From Octopus sinensis (lineage: Eukaryota): DNA of 64,000 bases. Positions 1-14,342 of this stretch are shown here, one piece after another (position 1 is the first letter of the stretch; each line of letters begins with the position of its first letter). The position numbers and the translations under genes are program-made. The stretch covers positions 20,150,001-20,214,000 of the forward strand of contig NC_043004.1 of assembly GCF_006345805.1 (NCBI RefSeq), read 5' to 3'. A model generated the notes under the pieces. The model was not told where the DNA came from, ran no database searches, and saw only the letters and a program-made list of their open reading frames with translations.

Positions 1-2020
1 AACTATGCATGAAGTGCAAGTATTATTTTCTAAATATGAATTTGTTTTGTTGCATGTCACTGTTTGTATATCAATATGAATTTTCCGGCAGAGAAATTAT
101 TTTGTTGTAAACTATTGTACATAACTACGAAGAGATAAATCCTTAACCTGCAGACATAAAACAATAATATATAACTAGAACACGCGGATTAACTAGATTA
201 AGAAAATTCCTATAAATAGAATGAGGTATATATCTGCGGGATTTCAGAGAGAAAAGGCATGTAGAATAGGAGGTCTACGCCTGAAATTGTCTGAGAAACT
301 AGAGATGCTCTGGACTATGCATGCCTAAAAATGCCTTAACATGGCTTTGCTTTCCATGACTGAGCCTTACCGCCAATATGAGAGTATGTTTGACTAGAAA
401 TAATACCAGTGAGTTCGCCACCTAGATATTTAAAGTAGGAAATGGTTTTCGTAAAAGAATTCTTGGCGACCAAATTTACTTGCTATTCAGCAATGTCATT
501 GAGATAGAACAGGAACTGATTGTCCGATGCGAATGTTAGAAAAGGCTCTGATAATGTGCTGCAAACTGGTCCTAGGAAGGAGCAATATGATCACCAAAAA
601 TGTCAATGTGACAAAAATCATTAGAAAGCATCTAGACATGCTAATCTGTGAGAAATGGTAATATAGATCAATAGACATAGTCACTTCGCATGGCCAAGTT
701 ATTAAGTATTAAATCGAACATGTGAAAATCTCTACCCAGTCTGGTGCTTACGCTTGGTGCATCGAATACGCTACTTTGTAACCTAGGATCTCCAAAGCTC
801 TACAACTACACAGGATTGACTATTAAATATATTATTATGTTTCATGTAAGAGAATTTAGAATCATGTTAGTGAAATGTACTGATGGTCGTTGATTCATAT
901 GCAGAACAAATTTGAAGGCAACTTTGTCTACAATTTGAATTTCGGAAGTTTCCTTAAAATTCCTATCAGACTCAGTTTTGCCATAAACACCAAGAAACAG
1001 TGAAAAATTGTTGAACTAAGCCTGAGGATCTTGTCTCTTCATATGATCACCTTCTTGATAATACATCAAGATTTTGAAACTCTGATTTTCTCTTCATCAT
1101 ACCAGCACATAGCAAAATACCAAATTTTTATTTTTCGAGTCTTTGGAATGAACAATTAAGTGAATTGGGCCATTTCGTTGTAATTTCTACTTCAGTGACA
1201 ATATTCAGTGATGTTAATTCCTCACTCATATAGTTGGTAATGCGTACTTAAATCTTCACATGACTGCTAACTTATTGTTTTCCATAAATTTCCATGGATC
1301 ACCGGGATATTCCTCTAGTGTTTGTGTGCGTGCTGCATATGATGTAATTGTGTGTGTGCGTGTGTGGATGCATGTGTGTGAGTTTGCATGTATGCATGCA
1401 TGTGTGTGTGTACATGCATATATGTGTGTGCCTGAATTTATGTGTATGTGTGTTCGCACACAGACGCAGACAAACTCACATATATAACAGTTCTTCAACG
1501 TGTTCGAACTTGTTGGATTAATTAGATTCAATAACCTACATTTTTTGAAATCAACATTCTTCCCCATTGAACTGAATGTTACTGTGGGACAGTGTATTTA
1601 TCTAACGTGACATACCTCTGGATTTGCTTACATAAGCATATATACATTAGTGAAACTACACACAGTTTTCTAATCTTCTCGGAAAAGCTAAGCTGAATTT
1701 CCATGAAATCTATGCAACAGTGGCTAAGTTATTCAGTAATGTTACATAAGATGCTTTCATTTGAATTCATATCTTAAATCACCCAGACATATACCTATAT
1801 CTATTTATAGTAAATTTCTTAATCTAGTTAATCCGTTTGTTCTAGTTATATATGTCTGTAGCTTATGGAGTTAGCTCCTCGTAGTTGGTGTGCACTAGTT
1901 TACAGCAAAAAAATGTCTCTGCCTGATACAAACACGTAATTTCATATTGATATACACACAGTGACATGCAACAAAACAAATTCATATTTAGAAAATAGTA
2001 CTCGCACTTCATGCACAGCT
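1..2020. mobile_element. Putative DNA transposon remnant with long (>=240 bp) terminal inverted repeats; left end runs off the window
   Basis: 1-240 is the reverse complement of ~1783-2020 (e.g. atgaagtgcaagtattattttctaaatatgaatttgttttgttgcatgtcactg vs cagtgacatgcaacaaaacaaattcatatttagaaaatagtactcgcacttcat). The interior has no recognisable intact ORF. Confidence 0.55.
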
Positions 2021-2887
2021 GGTTGTCTGGATTTGTCAACTGAAGATGACTCGGCAAAAATACTCAGATATCGTTTCTTTGGAAATAATATCTTGTCGGC
2101 ATCTTACTTGTACGAGATATATATTACAAAATCAAAATAACATTTTCATACTTACGAACACACGCTAAGTGTCAAGAACACAAAATAAAATAAAATTCAT
2201 CTAAACTGGTTTTACTTTTACGTGGAGATTTAGAAGATATATTTACAAAATATAGAGAAATATGTCAGATTGAGTTGTTTTCTGACGCGTTTGTCGAAAA
2301 CAGAGTGGATCAGCAGTAGCAGGAAGTTTTTTCCAATACAACGGTGGTGAGGACTGGAGAAATTGGAAAATGCCAGATATCAGCAATAAAGGGAGAGGCT
2401 CTCAAGAGGGTCAATAATGATTTTCTTTTTCCATAAGGATTTTAGCCAGATTCATAATTTACAAATATCAGGCCGAAAAGGGGATGATAGTGGAGAGGAG
2501 AGAAAACTGGGGAGACGTGTTACAGATGGTGTTACAGACGTGTTACAAATAACATTGCGTGTCTGTCAGTGTGTGTAGATGGAGAGAGAGGGCAAGAGAA
2601 TAAGGGAATGTTGACATATACACACACACATATATATATATCTTCATAGAAATACAATACATAGTGGCGCACGAAAACTAAGTACCGACATTCATGCGCA
2701 AAATATCTATAAATGTACACACACACACAGACATTCACACGCACACATACATATATATGCATACATATATGTACACTATACAAATAGATACCAACAAATA
2801 AACCTATATATACTGGCACAGACACACACACATATACGCATACATACATACACACACATACTCACACACACACAGACACACACACAC

Positions 2888-2929
<42 letters not shown>

Positions 2930-3382
2930 GCATCCACTGACACTAAGTTAAATATATACACATGTACAAACTCACATATACGCAGAAATAGATATACGTG
3001 AGTATACCGATACATATTCAGAGAAACATCTCACTCTCTATATATAAAGAAATGTATACATATATAGACAACGATACTGATATTGCAGAACGCTATATAC
3101 ATAATTACAGATCTACATAGACATGCACATGCACAGAGGAACACACACTTATAGGTACACTGAAATACATGCAGATAGATAGATGCAAAGGAATAGAAAT
3201 AGGTACTTATATACATACCTACAAATATACATGTTAATGTATATGCGGATATATACATATATATCTAAATTTGATCACCTTTATACACACACCCATACAC
3301 ATACACGTACAAATATAGAAATCTATCTCTTTCTCTCTCTCTCTCTCGCCCCTCTCTCTCTCATTCTCCCTCTCTCTCTCTG

Positions 3383-3454
<72 letters not shown>

Positions 3455-3536
3455 GTTGAAATTTACAGAAAACAAAGACGATAGCGGGCGTATGAACAAC
3501 AGGCAGGTGTTTAACGATCGGGAAAGTGAGAAAGTG

Positions 3537-3570
3537 TTTTACGTTTCGAGCCTACGCTCTTCAACAGAAA
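3537..3570 (-). ncRNA. Minimal hammerhead-like motif (variant core CUGUUGA)
   Basis: Minus strand: ttt CTGTTGA A GAGC gtag GCTC GAAAC GTA aaa. Confidence 0.45.
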
Positions 3571-3703
3571 GGTATAAGAGAAAGTAAACAGAAAATCTCT
3601 ATATATTTCTTTTTTCTTTTCTTTCTTCCTATATATATTATTATTTTAGATTATATATATTATTTATATCTTTAAAATATTGATTATATTTTAGATTTTG
3701 AAA

Positions 3704-3765
3704 CCACCTGATGAATGACTGCGACTCATAATTTGATGACAGTAGCCAGGAAACGATCGTAGTGG
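3704..3765 (+). ncRNA. Type I hammerhead ribozyme motif, long helix II
   Basis: ccac CTGATGA [35-nt imperfect hairpin] GAAAC gatc GTA gtgg; helix I ccac/gtgg; helix III has a palindromic GATC loop. Confidence 0.65.
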
Positions 3766-3884
3766 ATATTAATTATATTTTTTAATAATTGTTACATATT
3801 TAAATAATATAAATTAATTTATGTATTGGCTTAAGTCTTTCATTGTTTGATTTGCCTAATAGTGGTTTTGTCTCTAATTTATAT

Positions 3885-3942
<58 letters not shown>

Positions 3943-3949
3943 CACATAT

Positions 3950-3983
<34 letters not shown>

Positions 3984-3991
3984 CATATATA

Positions 3992-4373
3992 TCTCTATAT
4001 ATAAACGGCAGTTTGTCTGTGTGTGTGGTCTGTGTGTCTGTTAGGTTGTACCCTCACCCTGACCACGGCTTTCAACCGATTCTGATGAAACTTGATACAC
4101 ACATAGCCCAATGTCATAATTCAAAACTAACGCAGCGAAAATTTTGAAAAGTTCCCCCAGTTCTGAAAAAATCGATAAATTCGACATGGGGTCGAGAATC
4201 AGAAACTCAAACCACAGACTGTCTAGGGGACGCAACTCGACCTTTTTAACTCTCAAAAAAATTTACCATAATTTTTTTTCCATTTTTTTGGCTATTATTT
4301 GGCTATAACTCTCTAAAAATGCTTTATAGTTATTTCCCTTACAAACCCGAGCAACGCCGGGTGATACTGCTAG
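3992..4373 (+). mobile_element. Non-autonomous Helitron
   Basis: A|TC 5' end (tctctatatataaa), 3' hairpin cccgagcaacgccggg, then CTAG|T; inserted in (TA)n. Confidence 0.8.
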
Positions 4374-5047
4374 TATATATATAAATATAACGCCACGCAT
4401 CCATTTCCAATTACGTTTATCTTAACCTTTTTATGCGACTCTATAATGTTTTCTTTCTCATCCTTCTCAAATTCCCTTTTTCTCCTCTTCACCATTTTCT
4501 ATCTGTCTATCTCTCCACCTCTTTCTCCTTTTCTCACACTTGACCATCGTCCATCTTTCTATTCCGTATGTCACCATATTTCTTTTCCTTCAGGACGTCC
4601 TAACGACTGGACGTCTTTTATCTTTTCTCTTTTCAAACAAAATATTTCTCCAGCGTTACCTATTTTACAGTCGTTCTGGTCTACCAAACCTCCATGTTTG
4701 TTTTAGTTCGGTTTCCTTGTATGTCTCCACTGTCCGGTTTTTGTTCCCAACTTTGACCCTCCATAAATCCAGAATGGGAGCAACTGTCTTCGAAGACTCG
4801 TATTGTCGTTCAGTGCTCGAAATGAGGAGTAGATAGACAGCCGAGAAAAAGCGAAGGGTCATTTTTTGTGTTACTTGTCTTGTTTTCAATTTTTTCTCTC
4901 GTTGTTTGCGTATTTAAATCAATTGTTTTCGTATTTCATTTTGTTTGTTGTTGGCGACATCTTGTACACATATATGCATATATATATATATGCTTATATA
5001 TATATATATATATATGATTTATATACATATATATATGATTTATATAC

Positions 5048-5087
<40 letters not shown>

Positions 5088-5723
5088 ATTTATGTGTATG
5101 TGTGTATATATATATATATATATATGTGTATGTCTGAGCGTGTGTCTGTCACTGTATGTGTTATTGTATGTATAGTCAACATCGCTGCATTCTCTCACCT
5201 CTCTCTGTCTGTCTCTCTCTCTCTCTGTCTACATTTATATAGCCACTCACATAATGTAATCTGTTGCACATTCCCCATTCAACTCCCGTCTTCTACCCCC
5301 ACATATTTCGGCTTCATAATCGCAAATTGTCAATCTGGCTAAGCCACTTATGTAAAAAAATATCTTTGTTGACCTTTATAAAGGCTTTTTCTGTTCCGCC
5401 TTTTCTCATTTTGGTCTGTCTTTTTCTCTTTACTTTTTGTGTTTTTCTCATTGTCTTGGATTCAGTACTTCCAGTCTATCTTTATTCCTACTACATATTT
5501 TTACATGCTTTCTCTCTTCCTTTTACATCTTTTCAAGGGAAGTTTTCATATACCTATCCTTATACACGCACACACACACTCACATATATTGATAAAACTT
5601 AATGTTATCCTCCTCGAATTCCTCAACTCGTTTCCTACGTTTACGTTTTCTTCGCTGGTAATGATTTTCTGAATATATATAAATGTAAATGCTTGCCCAA
5701 ATAAAACTGCACGACATATTTGA

Positions 5724-5786
5724 AGCTCTGATGAAGCTATTTGGTGATACACAGGTATTCAACTATGAATGAAACAGCTGTAAGCT
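5724..5786 (+). ncRNA. Type I hammerhead ribozyme motif, long helix II
   Basis: agct CTGATGA [36 nt] GAAAC agct GTA agct; intact core, palindromic helix III loop; base of helix II pairs poorly. Confidence 0.55.
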
Positions 5787-6495
5787 AATGAATTTCGTGA
5801 CATAATTTCTTATTCCTTTTTCATTTCAATTTCATATTACTGCTCTGTTTGTATCTGATGCTTTGTTCTGAAATATATATCTGGATTGAGTAATAGTAAG
5901 AGGTTGTGACTAAGCGAAATAATCAAATGTGCGCGCACACACATATATACACATAGACACACTCATGCACAGATACTCACAGGCACACAGATATATGTAA
6001 GTACATAGGTGAAAACGGTGGAAAAGCATTCGAATACCAACAGAAGAGTAAGGTATTATTTTATTGATGCCGAAGAAAGACTTCACCACATAATTTTACT
6101 CAGTTTCGTGTTACCATTCTTCAGATATTCGTGATAACAAAGACTGATGAAAACTTTTCTAAATTGTATGTGTAAGCGTTAATATTATCACTTCAACGAA
6201 TAAGCCTTTATTACTCATTCAGCAACTAATCTTTAAAAGAAAACAGTTGTTGTACAAATGGATGCAAGTGGTGCATTACCGTACCGAAGTAAAATATATC
6301 TATTATAAACAATAGATGAATCGAAAACTTTTGGAAAAAATATATTGTAGACGGATGGGAAAAGTGAAATAGTAAAGGGTATAAGAACAACTATGTCGAA
6401 GATAAGAAATTGCAGGAAATTAAAAAGAATATAACAGAAGTGGTGAAAAGTTGAAGTTTAATAAAATTAAGCTGAGATTTATATATATGTATATA

Positions 6496-6550
<55 letters not shown>

Positions 6551-6592
6551 GTGTGTGTGTGTGCGTGTGCGTGTGCGTGTGTGTATATGTAT

Positions 6593-6629
<37 letters not shown>

Positions 6630-6830
6630 TTTGTGTCAGTGCTTCTCCTCACCACCGTTTGACAATTGGTCTTGGCGTGTTTACGTCCCCATTATCATAG
6701 CGGTTCGTGAAAGAGACCGATAAAATAAGTACTAAACGATAACGGTAAGTACTGAGTTCTAGTCATTCGACTAAAAGTTCTATAATGTGGTACCCGTTCC
6801 CCAGCATGGCTGAAGTCTAATGAATGTAAA
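6630..6830 (+). mobile_element. SINE 3' portion (family B; other pieces at 41077-41230, 41250-41400, 43130-43330, 53555-53825, 61620-61800)
   Basis: Recurrent gtgtttacgtcccc...agcggttcg..aaagagaccgata..ataagtact...ccagcatggc motif across the window. Confidence 0.7.
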
Positions 6831-6856
6831 TAATTTATATATATATATATAATATA

Positions 6857-6888
<32 letters not shown>

Positions 6889-7025
6889 CTATATATATAT
6901 ATATATATATATATGCATATATATCATACCTATACGTGCAAATATATATATATATATATTTGCCCCCGTGTGTGTGTGCTTGTACGCATGTGTGTACGCA
7001 TCAATATGTGCACTCTTTTGCGTGC

Positions 7026-7063
<38 letters not shown>

Positions 7064-7919
7064 GAGAATTATGTACAGTTGCATAAATGAGAGACAATAT
7101 TTGTTGTTGATTTATATAGTAGGACATGTTGAAGGCATAAGTTATAGAATAGATGTATTTTCTCCGTCTGTTTGTGTTCTAAATACTATACAATAGGTCA
7201 CCTAAATTGACTCAGAAACCATGTCCTTGTATTCACGAATCTCAAATGGTTATTAACAATAAATTGACTTTCATCCAGATCCCTCCGTTGAGTCTACAGC
7301 TGTTTGGTGTCTTCTAGCGGCTTGTGTATCTCTACCAAAACTCTGGATTTCTTTCTCTCTACCAATACCTTTGCTGTTTTTTGATCAATTCAATATACAA
7401 GACCCCTCTATGTTCTCGATCTCATTTTAATGATGCCATTCCTCTTACACTAACATTGCTAGCACAAGCGACGAACAGTTAGTGATAAGACAGTGACAAT
7501 TATTTATCCAATCTATCAGCATATGATAAACAGCACATGACCTTGCAGGTCGGACCCGGATAGAATTTTCTTCAGGTTGAGTAGCCCATCCTGCTCAAAA
7601 GGTCCCTGAATAAGAGCTGTTTAAGGATGTTGAAAAAAACACCCATGTTTCCAAAAGTGAATAATCCAAATCCCAACGAATTCCTCTCAACACATATCTA
7701 TGATGTTCTGTTACTACTTCTACCCGTAATCAGAGGTGTATATATCATCAGCCACTAAGTGACATGCTCAACCGGTTAAGGTTATGCAGCTGATAAGCAA
7801 GTCTGTAGTACTGAGACGAATATTAGTTGTAACCCATCTTTTATACCAAAGCACGTCAATGTACATGATAACACTTCCAGTCCAGTCAGAAGCCACTGTC
7901 TGGTACTGCATCAGGCAAA

Positions 7920-7979
7920 TTATAATAATAATAATAATAATAATAATACTAATAATTTTTAATACCATCATTATTATCA

Positions 7980-8041
<62 letters not shown>

Positions 8042-8134
8042 CATCATATTATTATTATTATTATTACTATTATTATTATTATTATTATTTTATTATTTAT
8101 TATTATTTCTATTATATTATTATTATTATTATTA

Positions 8135-8177
<43 letters not shown>

Positions 8178-8200
8178 TATTATTATTATTATTATTATTA
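7920..8200. repeat. (AAT)n/(ATT)n trinucleotide microsatellite
   Basis: Direct inspection; source of the poly-I and poly-N ORFs in the track. Confidence 0.95.
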
Positions 8201-9514
8201 AATTGGTAGGTTTGATAAAGCATCGGAGAAGATACTCTGTCGGCAGTGATATGGATAAAATAAAGTACGAATAAATTACTGTGGTCGATAAAATCTTCTA
8301 TACGTTTCATCCTTGAGTTTAGCAATAACGTATACGTTACCAATCTTCCATCCAAATTTAAAATATGCACCGATTAAATTCTCTTATAAAATGTGTGATT
8401 TTGTGTCTATTTTCGAAATCGATATCAAGCCATAGATTATCGAATCAATAGAGTGCCGTACTAATTGAAAAGTGGCCCCAATATTTAGTTACTGTATTCT
8501 ACGAACTTACTTCCATTCTTATTGATATCAATTTTGCTTTACAGCCACCGAAGGCTTGTTTGAAAAATACTTACACAAGATTGTTATTTGAAGAATACTA
8601 TACACACATAAAACAAGGGATCACATTTCTGAAACAACAGGATCCTAACCCTATAAAATAACCTAACAACAAGGCTAAAATGATGTATAAGCGGATGTAG
8701 AATATTTTTCTCCGATGCTCGGCCATATACGCCATGATTCACGTCTGATTTTAATAGAAATAACGATGTTTTATTTATTTAGCTCGACACACCTCACTTT
8801 TCGGGAAACGTGTACTCTGCGCATGCTTCTTCGTATGCACACGCATGTCTGAAGTGTGTACGTTTGTCTGCTTATGAGTGCATGTGTATGTGTGTATGAG
8901 TGTGTAATGTAAAATCGAAAATATGTTCTTAGTTATATTCTTGTTTCCTTATTTGGAACATTTGCGCAACTATCACTTTAGATTATCCGATATTCCAATT
9001 TTTACATTTACCAAAGAGCTATTCTATAGACATTGTTCAACTGAAACAAATGCTATTAATGGTGGTTAGCTATTTTTACTTGGGATCGTAGACAAGGCAT
9101 TAATTCCCGAAAAGCAGTTATGGTTTTACAGTATTAATATACCTCAAGAAATCACAAGAGAAAATAAGATAAATTCATAAAGCATGGGGAGAAAAATTTC
9201 TTAAATACATGTTTTTATGTGTATATGCAATGGCATGTATGTATGGGTGCATATATGAATGCAGGTATTTATGTATGTATGCATGTATGTATATATGTAT
9301 GTATGTATGAATGAATGAATGTATATATATATATATATATATATACGTATATATATATATATATGTATATTTATATCTATCTATCAATCTATCAGTCTAT
9401 CTATCTACCTATCTATCTATCTACATCTATCTATATATATATACATATTCCTTATATATATATTTTCCATATATATATATATATATAGATATAGACACAT
9501 ACATACATACATGC

Positions 9515-9574
<60 letters not shown>

Positions 9575-11129
9575 TACAAACAAGTATGTGTATGTAAATT
9601 TATGTATGCATGCGCGTATGTATATATGTAGGTGTGTGTATATGCATATACACACACAAATAAATACATACATAAGCTTGCGTTGGGTGCCATTGAGTAA
9701 TATATACTTGTGTTTTGTTTGAGTGTTTGTTATGTTGAGTGAACGGAATATCGTTTTAATCGGAAGCTGAAGCCAAAATAGAATTTATTCTTCTACGCAT
9801 AAATTTTGCATATCTTTACCATCTAGATGTTGTATATTTACGATAGCGAATTCTAAATGTGCCTCCCGGTTCTTAAGAATTTTTATATTTTTAATACTGT
9901 GCCAAAAAAGCATGTTGATTATAAGCAGCATAAATACATTTCCTGCTTAATTATTTTCGGTAATTCTCATTTAAAGAAAGAAATGTTATGCAGTTCATTT
10001 TCATTCACATCGTTTCTATACCTAAAATTGTGTGATATGAGAGACATACCCCCCTCGTTTACAAGATTATCATGAATATAATCTCTTTATGTCTTTGTTA
10101 TTTCTTTCTTAGAGTAAACATTCGTTACTTCCTCTCTATTATATTACTTATGACTTTTATACATTGCTTTAATAAGAAAGTGTAGATATGAGTGTTCTTG
10201 GTGAGTGCTGCACACCCAGGTAAGTTCACAAACTCAGTATAAAACAATTTTGTTTGTGCAGTATCATGATAAAACCTGGTCAGTTTTTATAATACACAGC
10301 CAGAGGCAAATTAAATCACGTTAAAGTCAAAAGGCGTAGGAAATAACCTAAAGGTCGGACTTCTGTTTTTAGTAATAATTAATCCAAAGTAGGTGACCCA
10401 CTACTGTAACCCAGCCTTTTACAACAACCATATCTTTCCACAAATGTTCACTCATATTGAATAAGGATGAATATCATTTGTTTCATAACCATAACGAAAT
10501 TTTGCTTTTATTGAGTATGTGATATCTGCTTTCCACAGAGAAATGAAAGCATTGTTTGATGTTCGCCACCAGTATTTGTTTATACTTAAAAAGATCAAGA
10601 ACTGCCAGTTATGTCATCAGATAATGGAGATGTCCATAAGAAGACTGGCATTGATTTTCTTTAGATTACGAAACAAAAGCTTGTTAAATTTAGATTTCAA
10701 CGAAAATCATTATTAAGTCATGACCTAACCACACTTCCACACACACACATACTTTGTAAACACTGTGGCAGGATCTCGTATGAAATCAACATTTCTTGGC
10801 TTGTAAAAGCGAAAATGTGCTTTTTAATGTCATAGTTGTTAATGTTGCTTAGCTGCAGGTTACTCTCATCGAGAAAAGCTTTGATGAAAGACATTCGATG
10901 CATGACCATACAATATTTTCAATTAAGGTTTCTCAGACTATATTATCGAAATTCGTTTGAAAGACCCTCAGAGTATTTTCAGAGAGAGGAAGAAAGAAAG
11001 ATTTAGTTATACTTGGTCGGATGAGTCACCAACATCAAGTGTCTTACATTGTTTAGTAAACATTTGCTAATCTTACTGTAAGCAGATGTAATTGCTTCCT
11101 AATATGGCTAAAATATTGGTCTCAAATAG

Positions 11130-12060
11130 TTGGCACAAGACTAGCAATTTCGAGTGATGGGCAAGTCGATCACATCGACCCCGATGCTCTACTAGTACAT
11201 ATTTTATTGACTTTGAAATGATGAAAGATAAAGTCGATCGCAGCGGAATTTGAAGCCAGAGCGTAAAGACAGAGGAAATGCCGTGAAACATTTTGCCCGG
11301 CTTGCTGAAAACTCTGCCAGTTTGCCGCCTCATAACTATGGTTAAAATATTGATTTCATATTTTGGCACAACACCAGCAAGTTTGGGGGAGGGGATAAGT
11401 CGATTACGTCGACCTCAGTACATAAATAATATTTATTTTATCAACACCGAAATGATGAAAGGTAAATCGACCTCAGCGGAATTTGTATTTTGCCTAGTAT
11501 TCTAACTATTCTCCTAGCTTTATTCATCATAAAAGTAATCCTTAATTATCATAAAAATAATCCTTTCTACTATAGGCACAAGACCTGAAATTTTAGGGGA
11601 GGGAACTAGTCGATTACATTCACCCGAGTATTTCATTATTACTTAATTTATCAACCACGAATGGATGAAAAGTAAAGTCGACCCCCGGTGTAAAAACGGA
11701 TGAAATGTCACAAAGCATTTTGCCTGGCGTGCTAACGATTCTGCCAGCTCGCTGCCTTAATCCTCATCATAATAATGGTTTCAAATTTTGCCATAAGGGC
11801 AGCCATTTTGGAGGAGGGTATAAGTCGAATACACAAATCCCAGTGTTTCACTGGTACTTAACTTATTGACACTAAAAGGATGAAAGGCAAAGTCGGCCTC
11901 GGCGGAATCACCATAATAATAATAATGCTTTGAAATTTTGGGCAGAGGGCTAATAATTTCTGAAAGCAAAGTCGACCTTGAGGGAATTTGAAATCAGAAC
12001 TTAAAGACAGACGCAATGCTGCTCAGCATTTTGCCCAGCGAGCTAATGATTCTGCCAGCA
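11130..12060 (-). mobile_element. Cluster of ~5 tandem tRNA-derived SINE copies (family A)
   Basis: Repeated reverse complement of gagctggcagaatcgttagcacg...gttcaaattccgccgaggtcgactttgcctttcatcc, separated by short AT/ATC tails. Confidence 0.75.
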
Positions 12061-12769
12061 AGTATATTTAAATGTAAAAAGACACAGGAAGAATTAGAAA
12101 ATTGTGAACAATTCCAGTATTAATCTTAACGTCAGTGTATCGTCTGCAAGCTTTATTAATCACCAGATTATTTGAGCTGAAGTTTGCAAACTGTCTGAGT
12201 GGCATAATTGATTAGAGATTATCAACTATGCTACTTCATTTCATTTTGAAGGAGTTAATACAGACATCCAATTTGTAACATTAAATTCTACACGCATATA
12301 AGTTTTATGTATATAGACACGAATATGTGCATATGCACACACATACAATCACATACACACACACACACACATATATATACATATATATATGTAGATAGAT
12401 ACATAGACAGATAGATATACATTATATATGTATATATATAAATTAAATATATTGTGTATACGTATGCATACACGTGTGTGTAACTGTGTATATGTATGTT
12501 TCTTTGGATGTATATACAGAGGTATATATGACCATAAACTTACACTTAGAAAGTAGCCCACTGAGGTACAAGTCCGGGCAAGGTTGTTTTTGGAAGACAA
12601 CCAGTTACTCATGCATACTAGCCTCTCTTTTCCACGCCACTGATGTTATCCGAGGGAAAGGAAAAAGGCAACATAGCTTGGCCCCAATAGCATCGCAATG
12701 TATTTCTACAGCTAAAGTAAATATATATATATATATATGGACAAAATAAATAAAATGTAAAAATATATG

Positions 12770-13030
12770 ATGAGTTAATCACCGGCGCTGTATCAATTAC
12801 CTGTTGTTATCAGTAGATTTATTGCAGGAACTTTAAAGTGGCAGTTGGAGCATTGATAAAATAGATGAAATATTTTATTAGGTACGACACATTTTTCGAC
12901 CCGTTCTGTGCCTCTTCGTGTACATCAATAAAAAAAGGCTTACTAGAGATTTTGTGGTTCTGTTTTACGTCCAGCCATATGTCCATCAACTTCAAGAATG
13001 AGTAAAAAACAGAAAAATTGAAACGCAAAA
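12770..13030 (-). pseudogene. Possible DNA-transposase remnant (Sola-like)
   Basis: FFIDVHEEAQNGSKNVSYLIKYF resembles the YHEG..KG.NEVCSFL segment of Sola-type transposases; weak, recalled similarity. Confidence 0.25.
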
Positions 13031-13674
13031 TAATCTAAAGATGAACTTGAAAATTATACATTCTAGTTTAGAGAAAATGACGTAATGAGCCCTCGCTGTT
13101 GTAACTGTCAACAAAAAAAAAAGGATGTAGAAATTTAAAGGAAGATAATACTTAGACGAAATTTTTTTTGTGTTCGTGCTTAGACGCACATATACATACA
13201 CAGATAAATATATATACGCACATATATATAAACGCTCACACACGCACATCCATGTATATAGGTATATACTTATAACTAGATACACGCGCATACTCACACG
13301 TATGGACAAATACATACATATATACATGTGTAGGAACTCATATATGCAGGTACACAAGTGTATATATACATAAATATACGTACACAGCATAGGTAAATAG
13401 ATGTATATATTCCTACATAAAGCAACATACAGAGGTCTGTGCAAAGTTTGACACCCACACATCCACATACACACACACGTATTAATACATTCACATATAC
13501 ACATAAGTAAATATATATATATATACGCATATACATACACATACACATACATACGCACACACGCACGCACACACTCATACACGTATACATATATGCACAT
13601 ACACACACGTATATACACACATACATGTATGCATATATATATATGTCTTCCCTTCTCTGGATCTTTCCTTCTAT

Positions 13675-13709
13675 GTTTCCGACGAAGAGCTCCGCTCGAA
13701 ACGTTAAAC
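13675..13709 (+). ncRNA. Minimal hammerhead motif in a pseudo-LTR-like unit (13640-13800)
   Basis: gttt CCGACGA A GAGC tcc GCTC GAAAC GTT aaac. Confidence 0.55.
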
Positions 13710-13803
13710 CCTCCTTCTTTCCTTCTTTCCTGAGCGTCCAATAATTCTATATCTGTTCTACATCCTCGCGTTGTGTTTTTTGTGCTTTCTTGTTTGGGTT
13801 AAC

Positions 13804-13949
<146 letters not shown>

Positions 13950-14054
13950 CATACAGATATGGATCTAGATTACAAGATCACATGTGAAATACAAGTTATT
14001 CAAATATGGTTCCTGAAGTGTATTAACAGTTGTGGGCGCCATGTATATATCAAG

Positions 14055-14342
14055 TTATGTATGATCTGGATTGTAATATGTGAATGTGTGTTCAGCTGCG
14101 TGTAGGCATCTAGGTAATTGTTCAGTAAATTTATTTATAATACGCTCCTTTGTTAACATTATGGAGAGTGACTTCTCGGAGCATAATTGGCATTTTCGGG
14201 ATATACTACTATAGGGACTCGCGTGTCTAAGTATGGACCATGTAAGGTCGTATTTTGTCTTAGGAAAAATATAATTTCCCCTAAATCCGACTAAACGCGT
14301 CAGATTACCTACACTCCTAGAAATAAGACCGAAAATGCTCAA
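14055..14342 (-). pseudogene. Penelope-like element GIY-YIG endonuclease C-terminal remnant
   Basis: YDLTWSILRHASPYSSISRKCQLCSEKSLSIM...INK...RCLH matches the PLE W.IL..A.PY.....C.LC..EK..I...LNKR.E...C.H pattern. Confidence 0.7.

Noticed and set aside
4770-4840. Hammerhead-like tcgaaga...cagtgctcGAAAtgag
   Set aside because: The core and cleavage triplet are too degenerate to support.
3762-5782. A 2-kb retrozyme monomer bounded by the two plus-strand hammerheads
   Set aside because: The two ribozymes and their flanks are not homologous direct repeats, and the interval contains a Helitron and microsatellites.
6094-6128. Hammerhead-like CTGAAGA-atggtaacac-GAAAC-tga-GTA on the minus strand
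   Set aside because: Helix I does not pair and the first pair of helix II is broken; at best a dead relic.
10187-10910. Possible host exons (ATG..cccag|gtaagt at ~10229; minus-strand ORF 10718-10909 with a gtatgt donor-like site)
   Set aside because: Only isolated splice-like words, with no recognisable protein family and no consistent partner exons.
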